Below the pieces are notes generated by a model, which was not told where the DNA came from, made no database searches, and saw only the letters and a program-made list of their open reading frames with translations. Positions 62,674-64,000 of a DNA stretch of 64,000 bases are shown here, one piece after another (the stretch's first letter is position 1; each line of letters starts with the position of its first letter). The DNA comes from Clostridia bacterium. GTDB lineage: Bacteria; Bacillota; Clostridia; Christensenellales; Borkfalkiaceae. A program made the position numbers and the translations under genes. Location of the stretch: positions 22,842 through 86,841 of the forward strand of contig JAFVQM010000011.1 in NCBI GenBank assembly GCA_017504795.1, in the 5' to 3' direction.

Positions 62674-64000
62674 TAAGCCTTTTCAACTCCGATAATTACT
62701 TTGCTACCTGCGATATCCCAGTCTTTAACGTAGCCTTTAACGGTATCGGTTAGGGTAACGCCTACCGCTAATACACCGCTTGCAATATCGCTTGAATTTT
62801 GTTGTATAACGGAAAGCGCGTCACCACTAGCGCTAACGTAAACGTTAATTCTATCGGTAACTTCAAAACCTGCTTCCTTTCTCATAGTTTGAATTTTGGA
62901 AACGATTTCTCTTTCAATACCTTCAAATAAAAGTTCTTTGGTAATAGTCGTATCTAAAACTACCGTTACGCCGTTTTCACTAGCCGAAACGTAGCCTTCT
63001 TTACTTTCAGACGAGATAAGCAAATCGTCCGCCGTAAAGTCAATTTGAGCGCCACCGAGTTCAACCGAGTACACGTTACCCGATTTTACCGTTTCAACTA
63101 CAACGCTCGCGTCACACGTTTCAAGGAAGTTTCTTATAAGACCGAGTTTTGCACCGTATTTAGGTCCAAGCGTTTTAAGTTGCGGTTTTAATTTATATGA
63201 AATAAACCCCTTAGCATCAGTTAAAATCTCGATATCTTTAACGTTGAGTTCGTCTTTTGCAATAGTTAAAAGTTCGCTAGTTAAAGCGCCAGCCTTTTCA
63301 GTAGCAACGAAGAGTTTAGAAAGCGGTTGACGGTTTTTGATATTAGACGAGTTTCTCGTTGCTCTACCTAAAACTACTATATCAAGAACGACTTTCATAC
63401 CTTCTTCAAGGTCTTTATCTACCATATTTTCGTTGTACTCTGGGAATGAGCAAAGGTGAACGGAAATAGGCGCGTCTTTATAAAATTGAGGAACTAAGTT
63501 TTGATAAATGCTTTCAGTCATAAACGGAACGTACGGCGCTGAAAGTTTGCAAAGCGTGGTAAGAACGGTGTATAAAGTGGTGTACGCGGCGATTTTATCG
63601 TCAGTCCACTCGCTACCCCAATATCTTTCTCTGCCACGGCGGATATACCAGTTCGAAAGTTCGTCGGCATACTCTTGAAGTAATCTTGAAGTTTCGAAAA
63701 TTTGGTATTTTTCAAGCCCTTCGTCAACCGTTTTAATAAGCGTGTTGAGTTTTGAAAGTATCCACTTATCCATTACGGAAAGTTTAATCTTATTAACGTC
63801 GTAAAGCGACGGGTCAAACTTGTCGATATCGGCGTAAAGTACGAAGAAAGCGTAAGCGTTCCATAAAGTGCCCATAAACTTTCTTTGTGCTTCGGATACG
63901 GCTTCTGGGTAGAACCTTGACGGAAGCCACGGCGCACTACCCGTATAGAAATACCATCTAACCGCGTCCGCCCCTTGTTTGTCAAGCACCGTCCACGGGT
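62673..64000 (-). CDS. ileS: isoleucine--tRNA ligase, C-terminal part (5' end beyond window)
   Basis: The reading frame stays open upstream of the GTG at 63989 (..PWTVLDKQGADAVRWYF..). Anticodon-binding and C-terminal domains of type-2 IleS. Confidence 0.85.
   Translation of the reverse strand, partial: PWTVLDKQGADAVRWYFYTGSAPWLPSRFYPEAVSEAQRKFMGTLWNAYAFFVLYADIDKFDPSLYDVNKIKLSVMDKWILSKLNTLIKTVDEGLEKYQIFETSRLLQEYADELSNWYIRRGRERYWGSEWTDDKIAAYTTLYTVLTTLCKLSAPYVPFMTESIYQNLVPQFYKDAPISVHLCSFPEYNENMVDKDLEEGMKVVLDIVVLGRATRNSSNIKNRQPLSKLFVATEKAGALTSELLTIAKDELNVKDIEILTDAKGFISYKLKPQLKTLGPKYGAKLGLIRNFLETCDASVVVETVKSGNVYSVELGGAQIDFTADDLLISSESKEGYVSASENGVTVVLDTTITKELLFEGIEREIVSKIQTMRKEAGFEVTDRINVYVSASGDALSVIQQNSSDIASGVLAVGVTLTDTVKGYVKDWDIAGSKVIIGVEKA

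Noticed and set aside
1-64000. tRNA, rRNA, tmRNA, RNase P, SRP or 6S RNA genes, prophage or defence islands
   Set aside because: Every intergenic region longer than 100 nt was read. None shows tRNA cloverleaf arms or the conserved cores of these RNAs. No integrase, transposase, restriction or phage-like gene was recognised.

Overview
This 64-kb window looks like core chromosome of a low-GC, spore-forming Firmicute (Clostridia-like). All calls rest on motif recognition from memory; no searches were run. About 64 CDS are densely packed and roughly 85% lie on the minus strand. Recognisable genes are feoAB plus a DtxR-like regulator, minDE, a polar amino-acid ABC transporter, tsaD, prfB, secA, comF, spoIIGA-sigE, nrdR, uvrC, cca, whiA, murB, a Wzz/BY-kinase/phosphatase trio, rarA, coaD-rsmD-alr, engB-lon, clpX-clpP-tig, rqcH and the 3' part of ileS. 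No rRNA, tRNA, CRISPR array or transposase was seen. One known-class riboswitch (THF) precedes a folT-like ECF S-component gene.

The most unusual content is non-coding.
1. A modular repeat family I do not recognise has about 19-bp terminal inverted repeats (ATTTTAAGGKCTTAKTTAC), a conserved mini-hairpin (ACC-TTTTT-GGT) and variable self-complementary inserts.
- It occurs at four loci with at least 10 units: 3021-3387, 8693-8820, 24481-25055 and 52899-53025.
- All copies share one orientation and lie between the stop codon of a minus-strand gene (DUF1015 gene, ROK-like kinase, sigE, clpX) and an intrinsic terminator.
- In all four cases the element end supplies or overlaps the stop codon.
- Downstream of sigE it forms a 575-bp alternating A-B-A-B-A tandem array with a 213-bp dimer period.
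2. Four consecutive perfect hairpins fill the clpP-clpX spacer. Their A/T flanks are conserved and their stem tops differ but stay complementary.

Lesser items are a circularly permuted amino-acid-binding lipoprotein, a LysR+ornithine-cyclodeaminase-like cassette flanked by identical 36-bp terminator-containing direct repeats, and several orphan proteins. Which strand of the repeat family is functional, and whether it acts as DNA or RNA, cannot be resolved from this sequence.
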